64,000 bases of DNA from Phycisphaerales bacterium (GTDB taxonomy: Bacteria; Planctomycetota; Phycisphaerae; WQYP01), in NCBI GenBank assembly GCA_009781185.1, contig WQYP01000003.1:7219-71218 (forward strand), read 5' to 3'. The notes beneath the pieces were generated by a model. It saw nothing but the letters and a program-made list of their open reading frames with translations. It was not told the DNA's origin and searched no databases. Position numbers and translations under genes: made by a program. Positions within the stretch are counted from its first letter, which is position 1, and the number at the start of each line of letters is the position of its first letter. This document shows positions 47,347 to 56,611 of this stretch, in pieces.

Positions 47347-48108
47347 TTAATAGATCAGCGGCAGCCTCCTGGTTTTTTTCTCGTTGGCTTCGAGGATGGC
47401 GGGGGTAGGTGGGGTGAGTTCGATGGCGGTGATGTAGGTGATGTCTTTGAGCGTTTCGTCGAGTTTGCCGTGGTATTTTTTGTAGAGGGCGAGGGTGCGA
47501 CGTTTAGGGGGGGAGGCAGAGTCGGCAGTATAGATCGGGGCGACGACGGTACCTTCGATGGTTTGGTCGTTGAGGAGAGTGAATTGGTAGGCGAGTTCGA
47601 CGTTGGGATATTTTTTGCCGGAGTAGATTTTCTGGTCGGAGCCTTCCTTGAGCCAGCGCCAATCGTCTTCCATGGTTTGTGAGAGGACTTTCACGTCGAT
47701 GCGTTTGATCAGGGAGAGATCGATGTCGCGGTAGGTTTTGGTTTCCTCCAGCCAGACGCGGAAGGGGGTTTCGAGGGTGGTCCAGATTTGGCCTTCGACG
47801 GTGATGCCGTTGCTGAGTTTGACGGTGCCGGTGCGGGCTCCGGCGGGAGGCTTTTCGGTGAGGGTTCCGAGCGCGTCGGTTACGCCTTGGGTGGTGGGGG
47901 CGGTCGCTTCGGCAGGGGCTGTGGCAACGGGCGTGGTGGCGATATCGTTAACGTCGTCGTCGGCGAGGGTGAGTGAATTAGCCACAGACAGACACAGACA
48001 GACACGGACAAAATTCGAAATTCGAAATTCGAAATTCGAATTTTGTCCGTGTCTGTCTGTGGCTAATTTAGGTCGTCCGCAGGTTATAGTAGGGTGATTC
48101 TTGAGCAT
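47347..48108 (-). CDS. Hypothetical protein; start uncertain. The only in-frame ATG (48108) places a 90-bp palindrome inside the N-terminal coding region.
   Basis: High-GC3 coding signal from ~47975 down to 47347 with no ATG/GTG/TTG before the palindrome. ATG at 48108, or GTG at 47985 inside the palindrome, are the only candidates. The C-terminal 200 aa have no recognised domain. Confidence 0.35.
   Translation of the reverse strand: MLKNHPTITCGRPKLATDRHGQNSNFEFRISNFVRVCLCLSVANSLTLADDDVNDIATTPVATAPAEATAPTTQGVTDALGTLTEKPPAGARTGTVKLSNGITVEGQIWTTLETPFRVWLEETKTYRDIDLSLIKRIDVKVLSQTMEDDWRWLKEGSDQKIYSGKKYPNVELAYQFTLLNDQTIEGTVVAPIYTADSASPPKRRTLALYKKYHGKLDETLKDITYITAIELTPPTPAILEANEKKTRRLPLIY
47976..48068. 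repeat. Palindromic element: GACA/TGTC-rich arms flanking a gaaattc x4 heptamer array.
   Basis: attagccacagacagacacagacagacacggacaaa attcgaaattcgaaattcgaaattcgaa ttttgtccgtgtctgtctgtggctaat. Its right arm is identical over 24 nt to the element in the sufS-sufT spacer. Confidence 0.75.
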
Positions 48109-48117
48109 GGAGCTATT

Positions 48118-49119
48118 ATGCCCGCACCACGCGGACTTGTTCAACAGCTTGATCAGGAGTTGCATAAGAGCGGTCTGCTGCCGCGGGAGGCGACGCTGCT
48201 GTTGGCGGTCTCGGGTGGGGCGGATTCGGTGGCAATGCTGCGGCTGATGCATCGGATCAACCAGTCGGATTACTGGCAATGGAAGCTGATCGTTGGGCAT
48301 GTCGATCATGGCATACGTGGGCGAGCTAGCCGGGCGGATGCGAAATTTGTGAAGGAGCTTGCGGCGAGGCTGGGGGTTCCGTGTGTTATTCGCACGCTTC
48401 GGCTTGGTGGGCGCGCGAGTGAACAGGCGGCGCGTGTGGCGCGGCATCGTACGCTTGAGGCGATGGCGAGTGCACGACGTTGTTATGCTGTGGTGATGGC
48501 GCATCATGCGGACGATCAGGCGGAGACGGTGCTGCTACGGCTGTTTCGTGGGGCAGGTTTGGAGGGGCTGGCTGGCATCGCTACGGATACGACTGTGAAT
48601 GGGATGCGGATTCTTCGGCCACTGCTGGGGCTGCGACGGGATGAACTGCGCGATTATCTGGGACAACTTCGGCAAGGGTTTCGTGAGGATGCCAGCAATG
48701 CCTCCGACCGATACACCCGCAACCGGCTGCGCAAGGATGTTCTTCCCGCGATTGCCGAACTGGCGCCAGGCGCGATGCAGGCGATCATTCGCACGGCTTC
48801 GCTCGTTCGGCAGGCACAGCATCTGGTGGAAAGCGACCTTCGGCATCTGCTGGCGGAAGCGGTTATTCTCAGGACGCCGCGGCGTGTGCATTTGGATCGT
48901 GAACGGTTGCGGGCTGCCGATGCGTTTCTTTGCAGTATGGCCCTGCGCGATGCGATTGTTCATGTGGGCGGTTCGACGGAATCGGCGGATTTTGAACGGC
49001 TGCGGGAAGCGGTGCGGATTGTTTGTTCGACGGCAGGAGATAAAGAGGTGGAACTCGGCAGAGGGGTTCATCTGCATGTGACGTGCTCCGCGGTAAGCGT
49101 TTGGCGGAGGAGCGAATGA
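48118..49119 (+). CDS. tilS: tRNA(Ile)-lysidine synthetase.
   Basis: PP-loop LLLAVSGGADSVAML; alternative GTG at 48094. Confidence 0.75.
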   Translation: MPAPRGLVQQLDQELHKSGLLPREATLLLAVSGGADSVAMLRLMHRINQSDYWQWKLIVGHVDHGIRGRASRADAKFVKELAARLGVPCVIRTLRLGGRASEQAARVARHRTLEAMASARRCYAVVMAHHADDQAETVLLRLFRGAGLEGLAGIATDTTVNGMRILRPLLGLRRDELRDYLGQLRQGFREDASNASDRYTRNRLRKDVLPAIAELAPGAMQAIIRTASLVRQAQHLVESDLRHLLAEAVILRTPRRVHLDRERLRAADAFLCSMALRDAIVHVGGSTESADFERLREAVRIVCSTAGDKEVELGRGVHLHVTCSAVSVWRRSE

Positions 49120-50381
49120 CTCCATGGAAAAATCAACATTCGGAACCTCGTCAAATCCCGGCTAAAGCCGGGGCTATATGGGGGGAGCGGAAGATTCTTC
49201 TTGGGATCGTCGCGCTGGCTGTTGTTTTGCGGGTCGCGATGGCGTTCGTTTATCCGTTTGAATTTCCGGATTCGAAGGACTACGACGCGCTGGCGAGAGC
49301 GATCGTCGAGCAGCGTGATTATCAGGTCGATGGGTTGTATGCGACTCGCATGCCGGGGTATCCGATTTTTATCGCGGCGATTTATATGGTTTGCGGCTAT
49401 TCGATTAAAGCAGTGCTGATCGTGCAGGCGTTTCTTGGTGGAGCGATTGTTTATCTGGTGCATCGACTGGCACGGCGTGTCGTTGGGGCACCCGATAGTC
49501 TGCCTCTGATCGCGGCGGCTTTGGCGGCGGTGGATCCGCTGTCGATTGCGTTTTCGGCAAGCTTGCTTACTGAGACGCCCTTTACGCTGTGCCTGGTCGG
49601 GGGGATATATCTTTGTGTGAAGCTTATGGATCGTCCGCGGCTTGGCTGGTGGGTGGCGATTAGCGCGATCTGGGCGGTTGCGGTGGAACTTCGCGCGTCG
49701 CTGTATTGGTGCATCGTGCCGCTGGCGGTTGTTTTGATGGTGATGGCGAGAACTTGGCGGGACAGGCTTATCCACGTCGCGGGGCTTGGGATTGTGTTGT
49801 TGATATTATTTGTTTCGCTGCTGCCGTGGGAGCGGCGGAATGATGGTCTTTTTGCGCCGGCTCGGGTTCATTTCACGACGTTGGAGGGCATTTCGCTTTA
49901 TGAGGCGGTTTATCCCGGTGCGACCGGCGGGCCGAAGCAGGATGTTCTTGTGCTGCCCGCTGAGATGGAACCGCTCAACGAAGCGCAGCGCAACGCGGAA
50001 TGGTCGCGGCGGGCATGGGAATGCGTGCGGAACGATCCGGCGCGTGTTGCTGCGTTGGCTGTTCGTAAAGTTGCTCGTATGTGGTCGCCGGTTCTCAATG
50101 CGGCGGAGTTTCAGAATGTGCTGTTGCAGATCGCCCTGGCGGCGTGGCACATCCCGTTATTTGTGGCGGCAATTGTCGGGCTCATCGGATTGGTTTTGCC
50201 GATGAGATGGAAGATACTGCTGCTGGTGCCGATGGTTTATTTCTCGGCGATTCATGCGATTTTTTTGGGATCGGTTCGGTACCGTGTGCCGTTAACTCCA
50301 TTCTTGTGCATTTTCGCTGCCGCGGGGATCGTGCGAGTTATACAATATACAAACCAACGAAAACGGCTTTGGGAGGTCTAA
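49116..50381 (+). CDS. Second GT39/83 (PMT_2/ArnT-like) membrane glycosyltransferase.
   Basis: ATGA overlap with the tilS stop. …YPFEFPDSKDYDALARAI…RMPGYPIFIAAIY…; multiple TM. Confidence 0.5.
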   Translation: MTPWKNQHSEPRQIPAKAGAIWGERKILLGIVALAVVLRVAMAFVYPFEFPDSKDYDALARAIVEQRDYQVDGLYATRMPGYPIFIAAIYMVCGYSIKAVLIVQAFLGGAIVYLVHRLARRVVGAPDSLPLIAAALAAVDPLSIAFSASLLTETPFTLCLVGGIYLCVKLMDRPRLGWWVAISAIWAVAVELRASLYWCIVPLAVVLMVMARTWRDRLIHVAGLGIVLLILFVSLLPWERRNDGLFAPARVHFTTLEGISLYEAVYPGATGGPKQDVLVLPAEMEPLNEAQRNAEWSRRAWECVRNDPARVAALAVRKVARMWSPVLNAAEFQNVLLQIALAAWHIPLFVAAIVGLIGLVLPMRWKILLLVPMVYFSAIHAIFLGSVRYRVPLTPFLCIFAAAGIVRVIQYTNQRKRLWEV

Positions 50382-50418
50382 GACTCTATCAGTAAGGAAT
50401 GCACAATGTACCCACCCC

Positions 50419-53400
50419 GTGGAAGGGGTGGGCTTAGGATGTGATTTGATTTACGCTCGCGGCAATCCGGCAAGATGGTGGACGTCCCGTTCGTGCGGGA
50501 TCGTCAGCCGTGCGCCGGCTTCCATCGGAGGCATCGGGAACTTTCGCAAATGGATCAGCGCGTCGCTGCTGGTGACGCTGATCCTCATCGTCGTGGGGGT
50601 GTGGTATGTCACCAATCCGGTACGCGTCAAGCGTCTGGCGGAGGTTCTGCTGACGAACGTTTTCGGCGGGCCGGTCACGGTGCAGAGCGCTCGCCTGTCG
50701 ATCTCCGGCACGCTCCTGCTCTCGGGTGTTGAGCTGGAGACCGCGGTAACGCCCGGTTCGCCGCAGCCGCTGCCGGTGTTTTCGGCGGATCATATCGAGG
50801 TACGTTTTGACTGGCTGAGTCTGGTGGCGGGGCGTCTTTCGGCTACGCAACTGGTCGCCGTCAAGCCGACGCTGTTTCTCGTCGAGGATCCCGCGACCGG
50901 CCATTGGAATTACGAACAGCTTCGGTCCGCTCCGCCTGCTAAGGGGTCGCATCATCCCTCCGCGAGTGCTCCGCTCGCTTTGCCGGTGGTCATTCTCCGC
51001 GATGCGTGCATTCAGTGGTGCGAGGTTCACGGTGGCCGCATTGAGTCGACCGGTCTGTCCGTTGTCGACGGGCAGTTGGTTCCCGAACCGGGCTCTTCGG
51101 TTTATCATTTTCAGATCATGCGCCACGCCGGCGAATTGCCGCAGTTGAATGTGGCGGATTTGGGAAGAGGAGGGGAGGGAGGAAGAACGCTGGTCACTGG
51201 CACGTGGGACGTCGGCAATAACCACTTCTCGGCGGTGATGGAGCAGATCACACTGACCGACGATCTCAAAGTGGCGCTTCCGCGGTCGCTTCGCACCTGG
51301 TGGGACGAGCATCGTCTGCGGGGATCGCTCTCTCGCTTTCAGGTCAGTTTCGACAATAAGGACGGGCTGGTGCTGGACGTTCATTTGGACGGTGTTTCAT
51401 TTGTGCATGAAATGCGACCGCATTCGGAGGGGGGGGGAGGGGAAACGTTTCCTGTTCCGTTTCGCAATCTCCGCGGTTCGGTGCGGCTGGGCGTCACGAA
51501 GCCGAGTTTGCAGGTAAAGCATCTTACCGGCAAGGTGATGACGTTTGCGTTTTCCGCGGAGGCGGATCTTCGTGGGTTGAGTCCGGAGTCGCCGTTCGAT
51601 CTGGCGCTGCGTTTTCGTGATGCGCATCTCAGCCGCGATTATCCGCCACTGTTTATGGCGTCGCTGCCGGTGCAGGATCTGCTGGCGAGAGTTGCACCGT
51701 GGGGGAATTTTAATTTGGATCTTTCGATTCGGCGGCAGAGCTGGAACGGGCCGCTTGCTTTCAACGGCGACCTTTTCGCCAACAACGCGAACATGCGGTT
51801 CTGCCATTTTCCTTTCCCACTGCACGATGTGACCGGGCGAATCCACTTCGACAATCAATGCGTCGAATTCCATCGCGTTACCGCTCGCGCGGATGAGTCA
51901 CACGTGATCATTGATGGCAAGGTGGGCACGCACTCGGATACGCCGGAGATCGATTTGACGGTAAGTTCCGACGATGTGACGTTCGACGATCGCGTCGGCG
52001 CGTGTCTGCCCGAGCAATACAAGAGCGTGTGGGATCAGTTCTCGCTTCGCGGCCGGGGGGGATTCGTGTGCAGGGCTACGCGAGCCTCCGCGGCGGCGTC
52101 TGCCCCGGTGGCCATCAACGTTACCGTCGATCTGGAGCATGGAGATGGCTACATTAAGATGCTTCCGTATCACGTCAGCGGCGCGACGGGGCGGCTCGTC
52201 TTCACGGCCGACAAAACGCTGGTCCAAAATCTCACCGTGCATTCCGGCGAGGATCATTCGGGCATGCTTACGTTTAACGGCGTGGTAAAACATCCGCATG
52301 GGGACGTGGCGCACTTAATGCCGGAGCTTGAGCTTGTTGCCGATGTGCCGATCGACCGCGAATTGATCGCTCAATTGCCGGCGGGGTACGCGGAGCAGCT
52401 CAAGGACATTGAACTTGCGGGGCGTGTTGGATTTAGCGGGATGATCCGCAGGACCGCTACGACGGCGGCGTCGCTGCCCGCGGAGATCGTCGGCGATCTG
52501 ACGCTGAAAAACGCCTCCCTGAACGTTCCCGCGAAGCAACTCAAGTTCGAGGAGTTGTCCGGCAAGGCGCATATCGCCAGCACGGTGCTGAGCGGCATTG
52601 CCCTTGCCACGCAGACGTCGGAGGGGCTGCATCTGACCGGCACAGGCTCGGCGGATTTGGCGGCGGGCGCCGGGACGTTCAGGATTCTTGCCGCGGGCGA
52701 GAAGTTGCCGATTCCGGAGGAACCACCGTTGGTGCTGCCAGAATCCGCTCGCGGTCTGTGGGCGGCGTACAGGCCTGCCGGGACCGTCGATGTGTCGGCA
52801 TCCGTCGATATTGCCATCAGCGATGCAATTGCTGTCAAGGACTGGTCGTTGACGATCACTCCCAAGGTTTTGACGTTGAGCAAGGCGTCCTGGCCGGAAT
52901 CGATTCACGACATCGTCGGGACTATTTCCGCCAATCCGCGAAAGGTGACGTTTGACAGCATTCACGGCGTTACCGGGCCGGTGAGCTTCAGACTGAACGG
53001 TTCGTACGAAATCGCATCTGGCCGCTGCATTCTCAGCGGCTCGGCTGTTGCGGACGAATCGCCGGTACAGTGGTATTCCAAACTACCTGCGGGCCTTGCC
53101 GATTTTCTGAGCGTCAACAAGCTCAGCGGGCAGTTTCAACTGACGGTGAATCGTCTTGAGCGTGCCGCGCCCGATTCGCCGTGGGTTTTTGATGGAACGT
53201 TCAACGCCGCTTCCGCCGCCATTCAGGAGAGGGGGGGACCGTCTACCTCGGTTGCGCTGAGTGCCGGGCATCTTTCGGCCAATGTGAAAGGAACATACGA
53301 TCCTTCGGCCGGCCTAGATGTGACGGGGACGCTGGCGGCGGCGGATTTCGCCGTGTCGGGAAAGAACATCGAGACGGTGCAAACGGAGATTTCCGCTGCC

Positions 53401-54099
53401 GCGGCCGACAAGTCGCTGAAATTGTCCAACATCAACGGCAAGGTCGCCGGCGGCGAACTGCACGGCAATCTCACCGTGCAGTTCCGCGACAATCCCGGTT
53501 TTCAGGGCGAGTTGACGCTGCACGACGCCAGTCTTGCCGAGTTGGCATTGCCCAAAGATGCCGGCGAGGAAGAGCGTAAAAAAATCGGCGACGGCCGCGT
53601 GACGGCAACGCTGGCGCTTCAGCAAACTTTCGGCGACACGAACGGCAAAGGAGCTGATCGCACCGGACGCGGAGACCTGATTGTCCGAGACGGCAAGATG
53701 TACAACGTGCCGCTGGCGATGGGACTCATGCAGGTCGCCACGCTACGGCTGCCGGTGTCGAACGCTTTCAATCAGGCTTCCATGACCTACTACCTTCGCG
53801 ATAACCATGTGGTGTTTGAAAAAGTGTTGCTGGAGAGTCCGGGCATCAATCTTGGGGGGAACGGTTCGATGTCGCTCAAGACCGTTCCGCCGACGCTGGA
53901 TCTGAGCTTCGTGACGGAATCTCCTCATGAGATGCAGATACCGCTGGTGACGGATATTTTTCGGGGTGCGCGTAACGAGCTGTTGCAGATTGCCGTGACT
54001 GGGCCGTTGGATAATCCCAAGGTAACGCCGGTGCCGCTGAATCCGGTTTTCTCCGCGATCCAGGCACTGCTGAAGAAGCCAGTAGCCAGAAGCCAGTAG
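50419..54099 (+). CDS. AsmA/TamB-like very large envelope protein (1226 aa).
   Basis: N-terminal TM (…LLVTLILIVVGVWYV…), then a long beta-rich region with repeated …G…L…G…L…L patterns. Ends in an agccag(a/t)ag heptamer array. Confidence 0.4.
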   Translation: MEGVGLGCDLIYARGNPARWWTSRSCGIVSRAPASIGGIGNFRKWISASLLVTLILIVVGVWYVTNPVRVKRLAEVLLTNVFGGPVTVQSARLSISGTLLLSGVELETAVTPGSPQPLPVFSADHIEVRFDWLSLVAGRLSATQLVAVKPTLFLVEDPATGHWNYEQLRSAPPAKGSHHPSASAPLALPVVILRDACIQWCEVHGGRIESTGLSVVDGQLVPEPGSSVYHFQIMRHAGELPQLNVADLGRGGEGGRTLVTGTWDVGNNHFSAVMEQITLTDDLKVALPRSLRTWWDEHRLRGSLSRFQVSFDNKDGLVLDVHLDGVSFVHEMRPHSEGGGGETFPVPFRNLRGSVRLGVTKPSLQVKHLTGKVMTFAFSAEADLRGLSPESPFDLALRFRDAHLSRDYPPLFMASLPVQDLLARVAPWGNFNLDLSIRRQSWNGPLAFNGDLFANNANMRFCHFPFPLHDVTGRIHFDNQCVEFHRVTARADESHVIIDGKVGTHSDTPEIDLTVSSDDVTFDDRVGACLPEQYKSVWDQFSLRGRGGFVCRATRASAAASAPVAINVTVDLEHGDGYIKMLPYHVSGATGRLVFTADKTLVQNLTVHSGEDHSGMLTFNGVVKHPHGDVAHLMPELELVADVPIDRELIAQLPAGYAEQLKDIELAGRVGFSGMIRRTATTAASLPAEIVGDLTLKNASLNVPAKQLKFEELSGKAHIASTVLSGIALATQTSEGLHLTGTGSADLAAGAGTFRILAAGEKLPIPEEPPLVLPESARGLWAAYRPAGTVDVSASVDIAISDAIAVKDWSLTITPKVLTLSKASWPESIHDIVGTISANPRKVTFDSIHGVTGPVSFRLNGSYEIASGRCILSGSAVADESPVQWYSKLPAGLADFLSVNKLSGQFQLTVNRLERAAPDSPWVFDGTFNAASAAIQERGGPSTSVALSAGHLSANVKGTYDPSAGLDVTGTLAAADFAVSGKNIETVQTEISAAAADKSLKLSNINGKVAGGELHGNLTVQFRDNPGFQGELTLHDASLAELALPKDAGEEERKKIGDGRVTATLALQQTFGDTNGKGADRTGRGDLIVRDGKMYNVPLAMGLMQVATLRLPVSNAFNQASMTYYLRDNHVVFEKVLLESPGINLGGNGSMSLKTVPPTLDLSFVTESPHEMQIPLVTDIFRGARNELLQIAVTGPLDNPKVTPVPLNPVFSAIQALLKKPVARSQ

Positions 54100-54125
54100 C
54101 CAGAAGAAAGGGTATCATTCCGCAC

Positions 54126-55034
54126 ATGAGCACGACTCCACGCATCGGAATCATTGGTGGATCAGGGTTGGGCAATGCCCTCATCGCGGCGGGCGGTGGG
54201 GGCGAGCGTGCGCAGACTGTGGATGCGGATACGCCGTTTGGGAAACCGTCTGCGCCTGTCACGTTGGCGGATTGGAATGGCGTGCCGATCGCGTTTCTGC
54301 CACGACATGGGATTGCTCACACGATTCCTCCGAGCGGCGTGCCTTTTCGAGCGAATATCTGGGCACTCAAGGCAGTCGGGTGTCAGTGGATCATCGCTTC
54401 GGGCGCGGTGGGAAGTCTACGGGAAAATATCGCTCCGCAGGACCTGGTGCTGGCGGACCAGGTGATCGATAAGACGACGCGGCGAGTTGGAACGTTCTTT
54501 GATGATGCGGGGGCGGCGGTGCATGTTGAGTTTGCGGAGCCGTTTTGTCCAAGGCTGCGAGCGATTTTGCAATCAGTTGTTGACGGTTTGCCGGCGATTA
54601 AGATTCATGCTGCTGGTACATATGTTTGCATGGAGGGTCCTACGTTTTCGAGCCGTGCGGAATCGCTGATGCATCGGAAATGGGGCGGCGATCTGATCGG
54701 CATGACGGCGATGCCGGAGGCGAAGCTGGCGAGGGAAGCGGAAATTTCATACGCCCTGATTGCGTTGGTCACCGATTACGACTGCTGGCGGCCGCACGTT
54801 CACAAGCCCGGCGAAACGCGGCAGACGCTTTTGGCTGAGATTCTTGGGCACATGCAGCATGCCACGGATCATGCGTTGACGCTGATCCAGGCAGCGGTAC
54901 CGCTGGTGTGGGCTCGGCGGCAGGAATCCTTCGAGATCCATCGGGCATTGGAACTGGCGATCTGGACGGACAAAAATAAAATCTCCGCGGCTCAGAAGGC
55001 TCGTCTTGCGCTGCTTTGGGCGAAGTACATGTGA
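54126..55034 (+). CDS. mtnP: S-methyl-5'-thioadenosine phosphorylase.
   Basis: …PRIGIIGGSGL…PFGKPS…GVPIAFLPRHG… PNP family-2 signature. Confidence 0.75.
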   Translation: MSTTPRIGIIGGSGLGNALIAAGGGGERAQTVDADTPFGKPSAPVTLADWNGVPIAFLPRHGIAHTIPPSGVPFRANIWALKAVGCQWIIASGAVGSLRENIAPQDLVLADQVIDKTTRRVGTFFDDAGAAVHVEFAEPFCPRLRAILQSVVDGLPAIKIHAAGTYVCMEGPTFSSRAESLMHRKWGGDLIGMTAMPEAKLAREAEISYALIALVTDYDCWRPHVHKPGETRQTLLAEILGHMQHATDHALTLIQAAVPLVWARRQESFEIHRALELAIWTDKNKISAAQKARLALLWAKYM

Positions 55035-55038
55035 TACC

Positions 55039-55215
55039 CTAGCTGCCGGTCTCGATTGGCTGGTTGTCGATTCGTTGGCGGGCCGTTTTCTGATCGACGG
55101 CAAAGTCGTAGCCGTGGTCCAAGGATTTGAGGATGTTAGCGACCTCCTTCGCAATCGCCGGATCGTCTTCAATAACAAGAGCTTGGGGTTTGTGAACAGG
55201 GGCTTTGTGAATCAT
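55039..55215 (-). pseudogene. 58-aa ORF resembling the N-terminus of a response-regulator receiver domain; truncated remnant.
   Basis: MIHKAPVHKPQALVIEDDPAIAKEVANILKSLDHGYDFAVDQKTARQRI… then stop. Far too short for a receiver domain. Confidence 0.25.
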
Positions 55216-55376
55216 GATTCACTCTCCATTTCTGCGCCAGCGGCAGCGTGACCGTTGCGTTTGACGACGCTGTCAAATCCCAAAGCGCCGTGGGCAAAGA
55301 CGTTTCGCCCGCGATGGAGAAGTTTATGTTCTGACGGTGAATATTCAGACGGTCAAGGAAGTCGCCCGCAATAGAA

Positions 55377-55595
55377 GTGGATATCATACGATACTGCGAC
55401 GCTTTCATCCCGTTGAAACAGTGGTGGCGTGGTGTGCTACCGAGCTTAACGCTACGGAGCATCCAACGCCGACTCGATGATTATCAATTTTGGTACAACG
55501 AGCATCGCATCCACAGTGCCCTGGGAGTTCCACCTTACGGTCTTGCTTCGGTTTGTCATCGGCATTGTAGCATCCCGACTACCCACCCGATATAA
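55377..55595 (+). pseudogene. Transposase (rve/integrase core) C-terminal fragment; IS remnant.
   Basis: …RRLDDYQFWYNEHRIHSALGVPPYGLA… is the typical C-terminal tail of IS3/IS481-type DDE transposases. No catalytic domain upstream. Confidence 0.5.
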
Positions 55596-55602
55596 TCATT
55601 GC

Positions 55603-55827
55603 ATGGTAACGCTTAACGCACATTTCGACGGGAGAACCATCGTTCCAGATGAACCTCTCGCTCTACCGTTTCGGTCGGGTGCAAGGCTTCGTGTTCAGGT
55701 GGAAACTGTCGAATCGTCAGCGGCAAATGGCCGCGTTAATACGTTTAAGCCGCTCGATATTCACATTGCCCCGGAGCTTTCGCAGGCGATCGCCGAGGAT
55801 CCTCAATTCAACATTGAGGAATCCTGA
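55603..55827 (+). CDS. DUF104-type antitoxin (VapB-like partner of a PIN toxin).
   Basis: MVTLNAHFDGRTIVPDEPLALPFRSGARLRVQVE fits the DUF104 pattern (M..i.A.Y.nG...P.ePl.L.eG..v.V.v). Perfect TATAAT at 55591-55596, 6 nt before the ATG. 2-nt gap to the PIN gene. Confidence 0.5.
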   Translation: MVTLNAHFDGRTIVPDEPLALPFRSGARLRVQVETVESSAANGRVNTFKPLDIHIAPELSQAIAEDPQFNIEES

Positions 55828-55829
55828 AA

Positions 55830-56327
55830 ATGCCCCTCGATATTCCCGATGGCACAACATGTTTCCTTGATTCCACGATCTTTTATTACGCTCTTGTTCC
55901 TACGTCGCCGTTTTCGACGCCTTGCCTCGAACTGCTCAATCGCATCATCGCGGGGCGAGTCTCTGCCGTCACCAGTGTTGCCGTGCTCAGCGACGCCATG
56001 CACAAAGTCATGATTTCCGAGGTCGCTTCGCTGACGGGCCGCGATCGCGCCGGCCTCATCGGCTATCTTGGCAAACATCCGGAAGTAATCGCCAGACTCA
56101 CACAATATCCGCTTGTTGCCGAGCGTCTCGAATCCGTGCCGATGACGATTCTTCCCGTCGATCAGCAACTTCTCGGCGACACGTCCCGCATCGCCGTCCA
56201 ACACACCTTGCTAACCAACGACGCGACGATCATCGCTCTGATGCAGCGTCACAATCTCACCCACCTCGTCACCAACGACGACGATTTCGACCAACTCCCC
56301 GGCATCTCCGTTTGGAAGCCGCGATAG
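55830..56327 (+). CDS. PIN-domain toxin (VapC-like).
   Basis: N-terminal …CFLDSTIFYY… and C-terminal …LTNDATIIALMQRHNLTHLVTNDDDFDQLPGISVW acidic residues diagnostic of PIN. Confidence 0.65.
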   Translation: MPLDIPDGTTCFLDSTIFYYALVPTSPFSTPCLELLNRIIAGRVSAVTSVAVLSDAMHKVMISEVASLTGRDRAGLIGYLGKHPEVIARLTQYPLVAERLESVPMTILPVDQQLLGDTSRIAVQHTLLTNDATIIALMQRHNLTHLVTNDDDFDQLPGISVWKPR

Positions 56328-56555
56328 TCAATCCGAGACGCGACCGTCAGGAAGCGTTTTTTCGAACCCGTGATCCGCGAAGCACGGGTCTGCGAATTAC
56401 GCAGACCCGTGGCACCCAAAAACTCTACCCCGGCCACCCGCCTGCGGTTGCCCAACCACATATCGTGGTCACAAACAGAACCATCAGAGCCGCGACCGTC
56501 AGAAAATTTGTCAGCTTCATGTGTTCATTTCCTAAAAGACGGGTGGCCAGAGTAT

Positions 56556-56590
56556 CGGGTGCCACAGGTCTGGGACGATCTCGGTCCCAG
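56556..56590 (-). terminator. 13-bp stem hairpin immediately downstream of the sufT stop. Likely terminator of the suf operon, but with no U-tract.
   Basis: cacaggtctggga cgatctcgg tcccagacctgtg. A second 12-bp stem hairpin lies at 56385-56413 (cacgggtctgcg aatta cgcagacccgtg). Confidence 0.4.
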
Positions 56591-56611
56591 ACCTGTGCCC
56601 AGTATTCAGAA

